DNA of 64,000 nt from an uncultured Gemmatimonadales bacterium. GTDB taxonomy: Bacteria > Gemmatimonadota > Gemmatimonadetes > Gemmatimonadales > Gemmatimonadaceae. This document shows, piece after piece, positions 32,569-42,438 of this stretch. Both the position numbers and the translations under genes were made by a program. The notes beneath the pieces were generated by a model. The model was not told the DNA's origin. It saw nothing but the letters and a program-made list of their open reading frames with translations, and did not search any database. The stretch's first letter is position 1, and the number at the start of each line of letters is the position of its first letter. The stretch spans positions 672,001 through 736,000 of the forward strand of contig CAWKNZ010000007.1 of the NCBI GenBank assembly GCA_963851265.1, given 5' to 3'.

Positions 32569-34056
32569 ATGACTCGATTCCCCCACACGCGCCGTGCGCG
32601 GCGTGCGCGACCCGCCGGCGTCACGGCGGTCGGCGTCGCCGCCTTCGGCGTCCTCGCGGCCGGCTGCAACACGGACAAGGTGTCGGCGCTCAACGGGCCG
32701 GTGCTCAGCGCCTTCCAGCCCATCACGAGCCGCGACCAGGTGCAGCAGCTCGCGAGCGGCGTGGCCGACGGCGACCGGGCCAACTACGGCACGCAGCTCG
32801 TGTTCTTCAGCATCGTCGGCCGCGACCTGTACCGCATCGACGCCTCGGAGCCGCGCTGGACGACGGTACTCCTCGACCAGGTCACGCCGGACAACAGCAC
32901 GGGGTTCGGCGGCGGACTCTGGACGACCTCCTACCAGACGATCAACGCCGGCAACTTCCTGATCCGCGGCGCGACCGGCACGGGCGTCCTCAACGCGCAG
33001 GAGAAGTCGGCCACGGTCGGCTTCGCGCAGACGATGAAGGCGCTCGAGTACCTGTCGCTGATCCGCTCGCGTGACACGGTCGGCATCGCGATCCAGGCGG
33101 TGCAGGACTCGACCGTCCCGATCCGCTGCAAGCCCGCCGCGCTCGCCTACGTCAGCGCCCTGCTCGACAGCGGATCCACGGCGCTCGTCGCCGCGGGCAC
33201 GACGGCCTTTCCGTTCGCGCTCCCGCCGGGGTTCGCCGGCTTCACCACGCCCGCCGCGTCGGAGGGGACGAGCTTCCGCCAGTTCAACCGCGCGCTCAAG
33301 GCGATCATCGAGATGTACCGCGGGCTCATCCCGCTCGAGACGGCCAACAACCCGCTTGCCGCGCCCGACGCCGCGCGCATGACGGCCGCGCTCGCCAACT
33401 TCGACTCGTCCTTCTACAACCCCGCCCCGTCCGCGACGTCGCTCGCCACCGGCGTGTACTACACGTTCAGCACGGCCTCGGGCGAGACGCCCAACCCGCT
33501 CACCAACCCGTCGGTCTTCCGCGCCAACCCCAAGATCGTCGCGAACGCCGAGCCGGGCGACCCGCGCGTGGCGGCCAAGGTCGACACGAGCGCGGCGTCG
33601 ACCGCGATCAGCATTCCGGCGCAGAAGGACACGGTCACCTCGCGCTACGGGCTGCGCTACCCGAAGAGCGCGACCGACCCGCTCGCCCTGCTCAAGAACG
33701 CCGAACTCGTGCTGAGCCGCGCCCAGGTCCTGTGGACGCTCGGCCGCGACCCCGAAGCGCTGGCGCTCGTCAACGCGGTGCGCCAGGCCAACGGACTGCC
33801 GGCCAGGACCGCCGCGAGCTTCACCAACCGCGTGGACTTCCTCGTCAACGGCATACTCCACGAAAAGCGCTACGAGCTGCTCTTCGAGAGCCCGACCAGC
33901 TGGGTCGACTTCCGCGACATGGGCATCCTCGGCCGCATCGGAGGCGAACTGCCGATCTCGGCGGGGAACCCGGCGGGCAAACAACCGTTTCCCTTCTTCC
34001 CGATCCCGAACGCGGAAATCACGGCGCGCAACGGCACGGCGGCGTGCCAGCCGTAA
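32569..34056 (+). CDS. SusD/RagB-family lipoprotein
   Basis: Lipobox AAGC; AELVLSRAQ, ILHEKRYELLFE and FPIPNAE; directly follows SusC. Confidence 0.9.
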   Translation: MTRFPHTRRARRARPAGVTAVGVAAFGVLAAGCNTDKVSALNGPVLSAFQPITSRDQVQQLASGVADGDRANYGTQLVFFSIVGRDLYRIDASEPRWTTVLLDQVTPDNSTGFGGGLWTTSYQTINAGNFLIRGATGTGVLNAQEKSATVGFAQTMKALEYLSLIRSRDTVGIAIQAVQDSTVPIRCKPAALAYVSALLDSGSTALVAAGTTAFPFALPPGFAGFTTPAASEGTSFRQFNRALKAIIEMYRGLIPLETANNPLAAPDAARMTAALANFDSSFYNPAPSATSLATGVYYTFSTASGETPNPLTNPSVFRANPKIVANAEPGDPRVAAKVDTSAASTAISIPAQKDTVTSRYGLRYPKSATDPLALLKNAELVLSRAQVLWTLGRDPEALALVNAVRQANGLPARTAASFTNRVDFLVNGILHEKRYELLFESPTSWVDFRDMGILGRIGGELPISAGNPAGKQPFPFFPIPNAEITARNGTAACQP

Positions 34057-34167
34057 CAGTCCGGCTGCGGCGTCGACGCGCCCCCAGCGCCTCCCGAGCG
34101 CGCCGTTGAACGCTCGGTGCTCCGCGCGGTACAATACCGTCGACCCGCGCGCGGAGAGAACGCCCGA

Positions 34168-35286
34168 ATGCCCGACCCCTTCCTCAGCTCTGAAGAGTAC
34201 GACGAGCGTGCCCACACGCTCTACAACGAAGGGGAGTACGACGAGGCCATCGCCGTCCTGAAAGAAGGGCTCGGCCTCTACCCGCACGCCGTCGAACTCC
34301 ACGTCGGGCTCGGCTACGCCCGCCTTGCCCGCGAGGAGTTCGCCTGGGCGCGCCGCGCGTTCGACGACGCGCTCGCCCTCGACGCGGAACACGAGGACGC
34401 CCTCGCCGGCCTCGCCGAAGTGCTGATGAAGTTCGGCCAGCACGAGGCGGCGATGCGCACGTTCCAGCACACGCTCGAGCTCGGCTACCACGACGACGTC
34501 GAATTGATGCTCCAGATCGGGCGCGCGCTCTTCCGCGAGGGGCTGATCGAGGAAGCCAAGAGCTTCTTCGAGATCGCCGCCCGCGAGGCGCCCGACAACG
34601 CCGAAGTGGTGGCCTGCGTGGGCTACGCGCTGCACCGGCTGGGCGACGACGACGGCGCGGCCACCGCGCTCCGCCGCGCGCTCGAGCTCGACGACGACCA
34701 CGTCGAGGCGCGCATCTACCTCGGCAACCTGCTCTACGACGCGGGCGACTACGAGGGCGCACTCTCGCACCTCGAGCGCTCGGCGCCGGAAGACCACTGG
34801 GACGAGCTGGGGCTGTGGCGCACGGTCGAGCTGTTGAAGACCGTGCGCGAAGTGCCCGAAGGCGACGAACGCCTGCACCCCTGGGAGGCGCGCGCCACCG
34901 AGCTCGCCGGCGAGCCCGACGCGATCGACGAACTGCTGGCCGAGCTGGAGGACCAGGCCGAACGCGACGACCAGCTCGAGCTGTTCGCCGAGGTCGGGGA
35001 GGGCGCCGGCGACGCGGCACCCGCGCCCCCGGCGTCGCTGCCGCCCGCCACGCGCCACCGCGTCGTGACCGTGGACGGGCGCGAGATCGACGGCACGTGG
35101 GACGAGATCGTCGCGCGGCTCCGCGAGGTGAGCGGCGACGAGGTGCGTGGCGCGTCGGTGAGCGAGTACATGGCCGCGGTCGCGCGCCGGCAGTACCGGT
35201 CGACGGGCGTGCGAATCTCCGCGCGCGACGCGGAGTCGTTCATCCGCGGCAGTGCCGACGCGGGCCTGCTCCGGATCGTCCGATGA
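34168..35286 (+). CDS. Cytoplasmic TPR protein with a small C-terminal domain
   Basis: Multiple TPR helices; TACAAT and GGAGAG upstream. Confidence 0.85.
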   Translation: MPDPFLSSEEYDERAHTLYNEGEYDEAIAVLKEGLGLYPHAVELHVGLGYARLAREEFAWARRAFDDALALDAEHEDALAGLAEVLMKFGQHEAAMRTFQHTLELGYHDDVELMLQIGRALFREGLIEEAKSFFEIAAREAPDNAEVVACVGYALHRLGDDDGAATALRRALELDDDHVEARIYLGNLLYDAGDYEGALSHLERSAPEDHWDELGLWRTVELLKTVREVPEGDERLHPWEARATELAGEPDAIDELLAELEDQAERDDQLELFAEVGEGAGDAAPAPPASLPPATRHRVVTVDGREIDGTWDEIVARLREVSGDEVRGASVSEYMAAVARRQYRSTGVRISARDAESFIRGSADAGLLRIVR

Positions 35287-36470
35287 GCCCCGCCGACCTT
35301 CGCTCCGCGCGCGCCGCGCTGGACGTGGCGCGCCCCGCCGTCGTCCGTCTCGACGTCGACAACGCCCCCGAGCACGCCGCGGCCGACCTGCTCGACGCGT
35401 GGGCCGCGACCGAGACGGCCCTGCGCGCCACGATCGGCGGTTCGGGGCTCTCGGGCCCCGCGCTCGTCCGCGAGGCACGCGGGCGGGGAGTGATCGAGTA
35501 CCCGCACGCGCACGCGCTGCTCTCGTTCCAGTCGGCGGCCGACCGCGCGACCTTCCCCGATTACGGGGTCACGGTCGACGACGTCGCGTCGGCGCGCTCG
35601 GGATTCCAGGCGCTCGAGGCGGTGCTCGGCCTCGGGATCGCGGCCGACACGGACGTGCACAGCGCGCTCGGACGGACCGCGGCCGCGCCGGCAGCATCGC
35701 CGTTCGCGCCGCCCACCGGGCCGTACGACGCGCCCCCCGGCTACACGCCCGCGCCGTACCCGCCGCCGGCCTACACGCCGCGGGCGTCGCGCGCCGTCAC
35801 GCCGACGCCTGCCCCGGGCGTGCCGACGCTCGACGCGGCGCCGACGAGCGCCGACGGGACCGGCGACGGAGTGCCGCGACGCCGTCGCAGCCTCACGGCC
35901 GGGATCATCGGCGCGGTGATCGCGCTCGCCGTGGTCGCCGCGGGGCTGTACTGGCTCGTCGCGGGCAACCGCACGCGCGCGCTCGACCAGGCGGTGGCCG
36001 AGTACAAGGCGGGGCAGCGCGAGGCGGCGCGGCGCGACTTCCAGAAGGCCGCCGACGCCAACTCCGCGTCCGCGCTGCCGCACGTCTACCTCGCGCGCAT
36101 GGCCCGCGAGGACGGCGACCTGCCGCGCGCGTCGACCGAGCTCGAGACCGCCACACGCGTCGAGCCGGGCAGCTCGCTCGCGCAGCGTGAGGTCGGGCTG
36201 CTGCTCCTCCAGACCAACCACCCTGACCGCGCGATCGAGTACCTGCGCACCGCCGTCCAGACCGATCCGACCGACCGCGTCGCGATGGGATGGCTCGGCT
36301 GCGCGCTGGTCCGCGTCGGGAACACCACGGTCGCGCAGAGTTTCTTCACGCGCGCCGGGCAGGGCGACTGGAGCAAGTGCCGCCCCGACCCGGCGGCCGG
36401 GGCGGCCGCGGGTGGTCCCGCGGCGGGGGTCGCTGCGCCATCGTACTCCGCGCCGGCGACGCGCCCCTGA
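35283..36470 (+). CDS. Single-pass membrane protein with periplasmic TPRs
   Basis: ATGA overlap; N-terminal helical domain, Pro-rich linker, TM (IIGAVIALAVVAAGLYWLV) and TPRs. Confidence 0.8.
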   Translation: MSPADLRSARAALDVARPAVVRLDVDNAPEHAAADLLDAWAATETALRATIGGSGLSGPALVREARGRGVIEYPHAHALLSFQSAADRATFPDYGVTVDDVASARSGFQALEAVLGLGIAADTDVHSALGRTAAAPAASPFAPPTGPYDAPPGYTPAPYPPPAYTPRASRAVTPTPAPGVPTLDAAPTSADGTGDGVPRRRRSLTAGIIGAVIALAVVAAGLYWLVAGNRTRALDQAVAEYKAGQREAARRDFQKAADANSASALPHVYLARMAREDGDLPRASTELETATRVEPGSSLAQREVGLLLLQTNHPDRAIEYLRTAVQTDPTDRVAMGWLGCALVRVGNTTVAQSFFTRAGQGDWSKCRPDPAAGAAAGGPAAGVAAPSYSAPATRP

Positions 36471-36715
36471 TCGAGTTCGACGCGGTCTCCAAGCGCTACG
36501 ACGGTATCGGCCGGCGCGCGGTCGACGCGATGACCGCGGCCACCCTCACGGTGCGCCGCGGCGAGGTGTCGGGCGCCGCCGGGCCTAACGGAGCGGGGAA
36601 AGGCACGCTCATCGGCCCGTTGCTCGGGCACCTGCAGCCGAGCGCGGGCGCGGTCCGCGCGTACGTACTGACCGCCGGCGTCGCCGTCCTGCGCCGGCGC
36701 CCGATCTCCACCTGA
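36467..36715 (+). pseudogene. ABC ATPase N-terminal fragment fused to a permease-like C-terminal tail
   Basis: IEFDAVSKRY...VRRGEVSGAAGPNGAGKGTLI..LLGHLQPSAGAVR followed by AYVLTAGVAVLRRRPIST*; no signature motif or Walker B; begins at CTG. Confidence 0.8.
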
Positions 36716-36726
36716 GTCAACCCGTC

Positions 36727-39354
36727 GTGCACGCTGCCCCGCTGTTCGACCCCGCGACCGTCACCCGCCGGCGCCTCGCCAACGGCCTCACCGCCGTCGT
36801 GCGGCGAGACACGTCCGCCCCCGTCGTCGCGATCAACACCTTCGTCGCGGCCGGCTACTTCGACGAGCCCGACCCCGTCACCGGCGTGGCGCACGTGCTG
36901 GAGCACATGTTCTTCAAGGGCACGCCGCGGCGCGGCGTGGGCGAGATCGCGAAGCAGACCAAGGCCGAGGGCGGCTACCTCAACGCGCACACCATCTACG
37001 ACCACACGAGCTACTACGCCGTGCTGCCGTCGTCGGGGTTCCGCGAAGGGCTCGACATCCAGGCGGACGCCTACGCCAACTCGCTCGTCGACGCGGGCGA
37101 GCTGGCGAAGGAGTTGGAGGTCATCATCCAGGAGGCGAAGCGCAAGCTCGACAACCCGTCGGCGGTGACGGTCGAGTCGCTCTACGCGCTGCTGCACGAC
37201 CGCCACCGCGTGCGCCGCTGGCGCATCGGCACCGAAGACGGACTGCGCCGCCTCACGCGTGACGACGTCGACGGCTTCTACCGGACGTACTACCGCCCGT
37301 CCAACACGGTGCTCGCCGTCGTCGGCGACGTCGACCCCGACGAGGCGTTCGGCGAGATCGAGCGGCGTTACGGGGCGTTGCCGAACGGCAACGTGCCGCG
37401 CGACCGCGGACCCGCGGAGGACGGTCCGGTCGCGTCCGGCCCGCGTTACCTGGAGCTCGACGGCGACGTGCGGCAGGCGCAGCTCGCGCTCGGCTGGCGC
37501 ACGCCGGGCACGTTCGATCCCGACACGCCGCGACTCGATCTCGCCGCCGCGGTGCTCGGCACGGGGCGCGCGTCGCGCCTGTACCGCGCGGTGCGCGAGC
37601 GCTCGCTCGCGTCGTCCATCGGCGCGTACGACAGCACGCCGGTCGAACTCGGGATCTTCGTCGTACACGCCGAGGGCGACGCGGCGCGGCTGGTCGGTGC
37701 GGCGCGCGCCGCGTGGGCCGAGGTCGCCGGTCTGCGCGCCGACGGCGTGGGCGCGGACGAGCTGGACCGCGTGCGGCGCATCCTCGAGGCGCGCTCCCTC
37801 CGCCGGCTCGAGACGATGGAGGGGCAGGCGAGCTGGCTGGCCGAGTGGGAGGCGTTAGGCGGCTGGGAGCGCGGCGAGCGCTACCACGCGGCGCTGCTCG
37901 CGGCCACGCCCGACGAGGTCACCGAGGCCGCGCGCCGCTGGCTCGCGCCCGAAGCGGCGGGGGCGGTAGTCTACCGGCCGCGCGGGACCGCGCCCGTGGC
38001 TGCCGACGCGGCCGCGTTCTTCGGCCTCATCGGCGGCGCCGCCGCGGCCGGCGTGCCGCCCGCGGCACCCGCTCCGGCGCCGGCCCGGTTGGCCGCAGCC
38101 CCCGTGCTCGAGCGCGTCGAGGCCGGCGTGCACGTCTTCCGCACCGACGCGGGCGTGCCGGTGCTCGTCGTGCCCCGGGCGGGGCTGCGCATCGTCCACC
38201 TCGCCGCGTCGGCGTTCGGCGGGGCGGTGGCCGAGCCCGACGGCGAGGAGGGGCTCAGCGCCCTCGTCGCGGCCGCGAGCGTCAAGGGCACGGGCAGTCG
38301 CGACGCGGCGGCGATCGCCGAGGAGGCCGAACGCCTCGGCGGGAGCGTGGGGGCGAGCGCGGGGGCGGAGAGCACGGGGTGGGGGATCTCGGTGCCGACC
38401 GCGCACTACGCGGCCGCGGCCGAGCTCCTCGCCGACGTGGTGCAGCGCGCGACGTTCCCCGACGCGGCCGTCGAGACCGAGCGCGGCGTCCTCGCGCAGG
38501 AGGCGCGCACGCTGCGGGACGACATGTACCGCTGGCCGATGCGGCTGGCGACCGAGGCCGCGTTCGGCGGACACCCGTACGGGCGCCCGGTCGGCGGCAC
38601 GGAGGCGTCGCTCGCGGGGCTCACGGCCGACCGCGTGCGCGCGTGGCACGCGGCGATCGTCGCCGGCAGCGCGTGGGCCGTCGCGGTGGTGGGCGACGTC
38701 GAGCCGGCCGAGGCGGCGGCGGTCGTGGCCGGCGCGTTCGGCGCGCTGCGCATGGCCGAGCGACCGGCGGTCGCCGCGCCAGCCTGGCCGCGCGAGGTCG
38801 TGGTGCTGGCCGAGGCGCGCGACAAGCGGCAGACCGCGCTCGCGTTGCTCTTTCCGGGCGCCTCGCGGCGCGACCCGGCGCGGATCACGGCCGGGCTGCT
38901 CGCCGGCATCGCGAGCGGGCTCGGCGGCCGCTTCTTCGACGAACTGCGCGACCGGCGGTCGCTCGCCTACACGGTGCACGCGTTCGGCGCACCGCGCGCG
39001 CTCGCGGGGACGTTCGGCGCCTACATCGCGACCTCGCCCGGGCAGGAGGCCGACGCGCGCGCGGGACTGCTGGCGGAGTTCGCGAAGCTGGCCGCCGACG
39101 GCGTCACGCCCGACGAGCTGGCGCGCGCGCAGACGTACGCGTTAGGCACCTACGCCATCGCGCGGCAGGGCGGGGGCGCGGTGCTCGGCGACGTGCTCGA
39201 CGCGTGGCAGGCCGGCGACGGACTGCACGAGCTGGACGAGTACGAGGCGCGGGTGCGGGCCGTCACCACGGACGACGTGCGCGCGTTCGCGGCCGCGCAC
39301 TTCGATCCGGCGCGCCACGTCGAGGGCGTGGTGCGCGGAGCGGACGCGACCTGA
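36727..39354 (+). CDS. M16 (pitrilysin) zinc peptidase, fused two-module
   Basis: HVLEHMFFKGT (HxxEH) and NAHT; the second module lacks the zinc motif. Confidence 0.92.
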   Translation: MHAAPLFDPATVTRRRLANGLTAVVRRDTSAPVVAINTFVAAGYFDEPDPVTGVAHVLEHMFFKGTPRRGVGEIAKQTKAEGGYLNAHTIYDHTSYYAVLPSSGFREGLDIQADAYANSLVDAGELAKELEVIIQEAKRKLDNPSAVTVESLYALLHDRHRVRRWRIGTEDGLRRLTRDDVDGFYRTYYRPSNTVLAVVGDVDPDEAFGEIERRYGALPNGNVPRDRGPAEDGPVASGPRYLELDGDVRQAQLALGWRTPGTFDPDTPRLDLAAAVLGTGRASRLYRAVRERSLASSIGAYDSTPVELGIFVVHAEGDAARLVGAARAAWAEVAGLRADGVGADELDRVRRILEARSLRRLETMEGQASWLAEWEALGGWERGERYHAALLAATPDEVTEAARRWLAPEAAGAVVYRPRGTAPVAADAAAFFGLIGGAAAAGVPPAAPAPAPARLAAAPVLERVEAGVHVFRTDAGVPVLVVPRAGLRIVHLAASAFGGAVAEPDGEEGLSALVAAASVKGTGSRDAAAIAEEAERLGGSVGASAGAESTGWGISVPTAHYAAAAELLADVVQRATFPDAAVETERGVLAQEARTLRDDMYRWPMRLATEAAFGGHPYGRPVGGTEASLAGLTADRVRAWHAAIVAGSAWAVAVVGDVEPAEAAAVVAGAFGALRMAERPAVAAPAWPREVVVLAEARDKRQTALALLFPGASRRDPARITAGLLAGIASGLGGRFFDELRDRRSLAYTVHAFGAPRALAGTFGAYIATSPGQEADARAGLLAEFAKLAADGVTPDELARAQTYALGTYAIARQGGGAVLGDVLDAWQAGDGLHELDEYEARVRAVTTDDVRAFAAAHFDPARHVEGVVRGADAT

Positions 39355-39397
39355 CGCGGCCGCGGGCGCGCGCCGCGACGGCAGCCCCGCCGCGCGG

Positions 39398-39676
39398 CTA
39401 CCGCGGCTGGTAGAGCGTCGGCGTGGCGCGCTCGCCACCCTCGGCTGACGTCCGGTCCGCGAGCAGCGCGGCGGTGAACCGCTGCCCTTCGGCCACGCGC
39501 TCGACCTCGATCGCGATCGCGTCGACGGCCTGCTCGATGCGCGCGAGCCGCGCGTCCATCGCGCGCAGCTCGGGCCCCCCGGCGCCGCGGCCGCGGCCGG
39601 CCATCGTCCTCACCACGCTGACGATGGTGCCGGAAATGATGGCGACGACGGAAACGAAGGCGAGCGCGTGCGACAC
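39398..39676 (-). CDS. Small TM plus coiled-coil hypothetical protein
   Basis: N-terminal TM; RLARIEQAVDAIAIEVERVAEGQRFT, a motif I recall as recurrent in Gemmatimonadota. Confidence 0.75.
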   Translation of the reverse strand: MSHALAFVSVVAIISGTIVSVVRTMAGRGRGAGGPELRAMDARLARIEQAVDAIAIEVERVAEGQRFTAALLADRTSAEGGERATPTLYQPR

Positions 39677-39824
39677 GAGGACTCCGGGATGATCGGCGGG
39701 TGAGGCGCCCCGGCGTGCGGGGCCGCGCGCCGGCCATGACCGTGCCGGCTCGGGCCCTACGGCCGCGACCGCCCGGCGGTGTCAACGCCTCCGGCCGGCT
39801 CCGGGAGGCACGCGGCGCCCGCCG

Positions 39825-41006
39825 TCACCCCGCGAACCGCACGCACACCGGCGCCGGCACCTCCACGTGCAGCCCGCTCGGCGTGAGGCGCCCGCTCGAC
39901 CGGTCGACGCGGAATCCCGTGATCGTGTTGGACCGCTGGTTGGCCGCGTACAGGAACGCCCCCGAAGGGTCGAGCGCGAAGTTGCGCGGCCAGTCGCCGC
40001 CCGTCGGCACGCGCTGCACGAGCGTGAGCGTGCCCGTCCGCTGGTCGATCCCGAACACGACGAGCACGTTGTCGCCGCGCACCGACGCGTAGAGGAACCG
40101 CCCCGAGGGCGCGACGTGCAGGTCGGCGGCCGTGCGCTCGGTCGCGCCCGACGCCTCCACCGCGGGCACGGTCTGCAGCGGCGTCAGCGCCCCGGTGGCC
40201 GGGTCGAAGCGGTACGCGCCGACCGTGAGGTCCAGCTCGTTGGTGACGTAGACGAAGCGCCCGCCCGGGTGGAAGGCGATGTGGCGCGGCCCCGCGCCGG
40301 GCCGCGTCGCGATGGTCGGCACTGCGGCGGGGGTGAGCGCGCCACCCGAACCGCCGAGCGCGTAGACGTAGATCTGATCGGTGCCGAGGTCTGCGGAGAG
40401 CGCGAAGCGACCCGACGGATCGGGGACGATGCTGTGCGCGTGCGGGCTCTGCTGCCGGTCGGTACGCGGCCCCGAGCCGGTGTGCGGCAGTAGCTGCGTG
40501 AGCGCGCCGAGGCTGCCGTCCGCCGCGATCGGTAACGCGGCGACGCTCCCGCCCGTGTAGTTCGCGACCAGCGCGGTGCGTCCCGCGGGGTCGACCGAGA
40601 TGTAGGCCGGCGCCGCGCCACCCGACGCGTGCGGCTGACCGAGCGGGGTGAGCTCGCCGGAGCCCGCGGCAATCGCGAAGGCACTCACCGCGCCCGACGC
40701 CGCACCCTCGTACTTCTCGACCTCGTTGACCGCGTACAGCACCGTACCGCGCGGGTGGAGGGCGAGGAACGACGGGTTGGGCCCCACGACGCTCGCGCCG
40801 AGCGGGCGCCACTCGCCGGTCGTCGGGTTCACGCGGTAGCGGTACACGCCCTCCGTGCGCCCGCCCTCGGTGTAGGTGCCCACGTAGACGAGGCGCCCGT
40901 CCTCGACGGATGCGCCGGACGGCGCCCGGCCGTCGCGACCGGTGGACGCGCGGGCCGCGAGCCAGACGGCCCCGGCGGAGGAAGCGAGGAAGTCGCGACG
41001 ATTCAC
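39825..41006 (-). CDS. Lactonase (6-phosphogluconolactonase/cycloisomerase 2 family) with Tat signal
   Basis: NRRDFL; YVGTYT, NPSFL, ANYTGG, HAH, GPRH and WPRNF. Confidence 0.9.
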   Translation of the reverse strand: MNRRDFLASSAGAVWLAARASTGRDGRAPSGASVEDGRLVYVGTYTEGGRTEGVYRYRVNPTTGEWRPLGASVVGPNPSFLALHPRGTVLYAVNEVEKYEGAASGAVSAFAIAAGSGELTPLGQPHASGGAAPAYISVDPAGRTALVANYTGGSVAALPIAADGSLGALTQLLPHTGSGPRTDRQQSPHAHSIVPDPSGRFALSADLGTDQIYVYALGGSGGALTPAAVPTIATRPGAGPRHIAFHPGGRFVYVTNELDLTVGAYRFDPATGALTPLQTVPAVEASGATERTAADLHVAPSGRFLYASVRGDNVLVVFGIDQRTGTLTLVQRVPTGGDWPRNFALDPSGAFLYAANQRSNTITGFRVDRSSGRLTPSGLHVEVPAPVCVRFAG

Positions 41007-41013
41007 GGCGATG

Positions 41014-42414
41014 TCAGGGGAAGACGACCCGCAGGAGGAGCGCGGCCGCGAGCCCGGTGAGCGCGATGATCGCCTCCATCACGCTCCACGTGGCGAACGT
41101 CTGCCGCACGGTGAGGTTGAAGTACTGCTTGAACATCCAGAAGCCGGTGTCGTTGACGTGCGAGAACATGAGGCTCCCCGCACCCGTCGCGATCACCAGC
41201 AGTTCGGGCCGCGCGACGCCGGCGTGCGCGATCGGCGCGATGATGCCCGCCGTGGTCAGCGCCGCGACCGTCGCCGACCCGACGGCGAACCGTAACGCCG
41301 CGGCGACCGCGAAGGCGAGGAGGATGGGGTTCCAGCGCAGCAGGATCGCGCGCCGCGCGACGTAGTCGGCCACGCCGCCGTCGCGTAGAACCTGCGCGAA
41401 CGCGCCGCCCGCGGCGATGACGAGCACGAGCATCGCCACGCCCCCGACGGCCCCCGCGAGCGCGGGCATCAGGTCGTCCATCCGTCGCCCGCGCCGCACG
41501 CCGAGCGTGTAGAGCGCGACGAGAACCCCGGCGAGCAGGGCGACGTTCGCGTTGCCGACGAACTTGCCGGCGACCACGACCGCCCGCAGCGTCGGGTCGG
41601 GCACCGCCGCCGCGAGGCGGGTCGTGAAGCCCGCGACGTTGCCGATGGGGTCGAGGGCCGCCGTCCCCGCCACCGCGTCGACCAGCGCGCCCGAGAGCAT
41701 GCAGAGCACGGGAACGAGCGCCGTCCCGGCCGCGACGCCGATCCTGGGGAGCGCGGCCGGGTCGACCTCACGCCGCGTGAACAGCGCCGGCGGGGGCACC
41801 GCGGCGGCCACCGCTCCCGTGCGCAGCGTGCGGCCGAAGAGGATCCCGCCGAGCAGGACGGCGGGCACGGCCGCGACCAGACCGACCGCGAGCGTCCGCC
41901 CCACCCCGGCGCCGTACGCGTAGGCGAGGAACGTCGGCGCGGGGTGCGGCGGCAGGAACCCGTGCGTGGCCGACAGCGCCGAGGCGAGCGGCACGCCGAG
42001 GTAGGCGAGCGGCAGCCCGGTAGCGACGCTGAGCGCGTAGACGAGCGGGATGAGCACGAGGAAGCCCGCGTTGTACAGCATGGGCAGTCCGACGAGCAGC
42101 CCGGCCGCCGCCATCGCGAACGGCACCCGGCGCGGCCCGAACGCCGCGGCGAGCCGGCCGACGATCACGTGCGCCGCGCCGCTCTCGTCGAGCAGCCGGC
42201 CGAGCATCGCGCCGAACACCAACACCAGCACCACGCTCCCCATCGTCGACCCGATGCCGCGCAGCATCGCGTCGAGCACGGCGAGCGGGCCCATGCCGTT
42301 GAGCAGGCCGACCGCGACGGCCGTCAGCAACAGCGCGAAGAACGCGTCGAGCCGCACCACGAGGACGAGGACGAGCAGTAGCGCGATCCCGGCCGTGACC
42401 CAGAGCAGTGGCAT
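41014..42414 (-). CDS. GntP family gluconate:H+ symporter
   Basis: HGFLPPHPAP, RFAVGSATVA and SHVNDTGFWMFKQYF. Confidence 0.92.
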   Translation of the reverse strand: MPLLWVTAGIALLLVLVLVVRLDAFFALLLTAVAVGLLNGMGPLAVLDAMLRGIGSTMGSVVLVLVFGAMLGRLLDESGAAHVIVGRLAAAFGPRRVPFAMAAAGLLVGLPMLYNAGFLVLIPLVYALSVATGLPLAYLGVPLASALSATHGFLPPHPAPTFLAYAYGAGVGRTLAVGLVAAVPAVLLGGILFGRTLRTGAVAAAVPPPALFTRREVDPAALPRIGVAAGTALVPVLCMLSGALVDAVAGTAALDPIGNVAGFTTRLAAAVPDPTLRAVVVAGKFVGNANVALLAGVLVALYTLGVRRGRRMDDLMPALAGAVGGVAMLVLVIAAGGAFAQVLRDGGVADYVARRAILLRWNPILLAFAVAAALRFAVGSATVAALTTAGIIAPIAHAGVARPELLVIATGAGSLMFSHVNDTGFWMFKQYFNLTVRQTFATWSVMEAIIALTGLAAALLLRVVFP

Positions 42415-42438
42415 AGGTCGTACATGCTAACCCGGCGT

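Noticed and set aside
29368..35478. 2036-aa minus-strand ORF and other long Arg/Ala-rich ORFs (e.g. 96-1097, 29364-33074)
   Set aside because: Antisense or off-frame shadows of real genes, expected in high-GC DNA; no recognisable domains.
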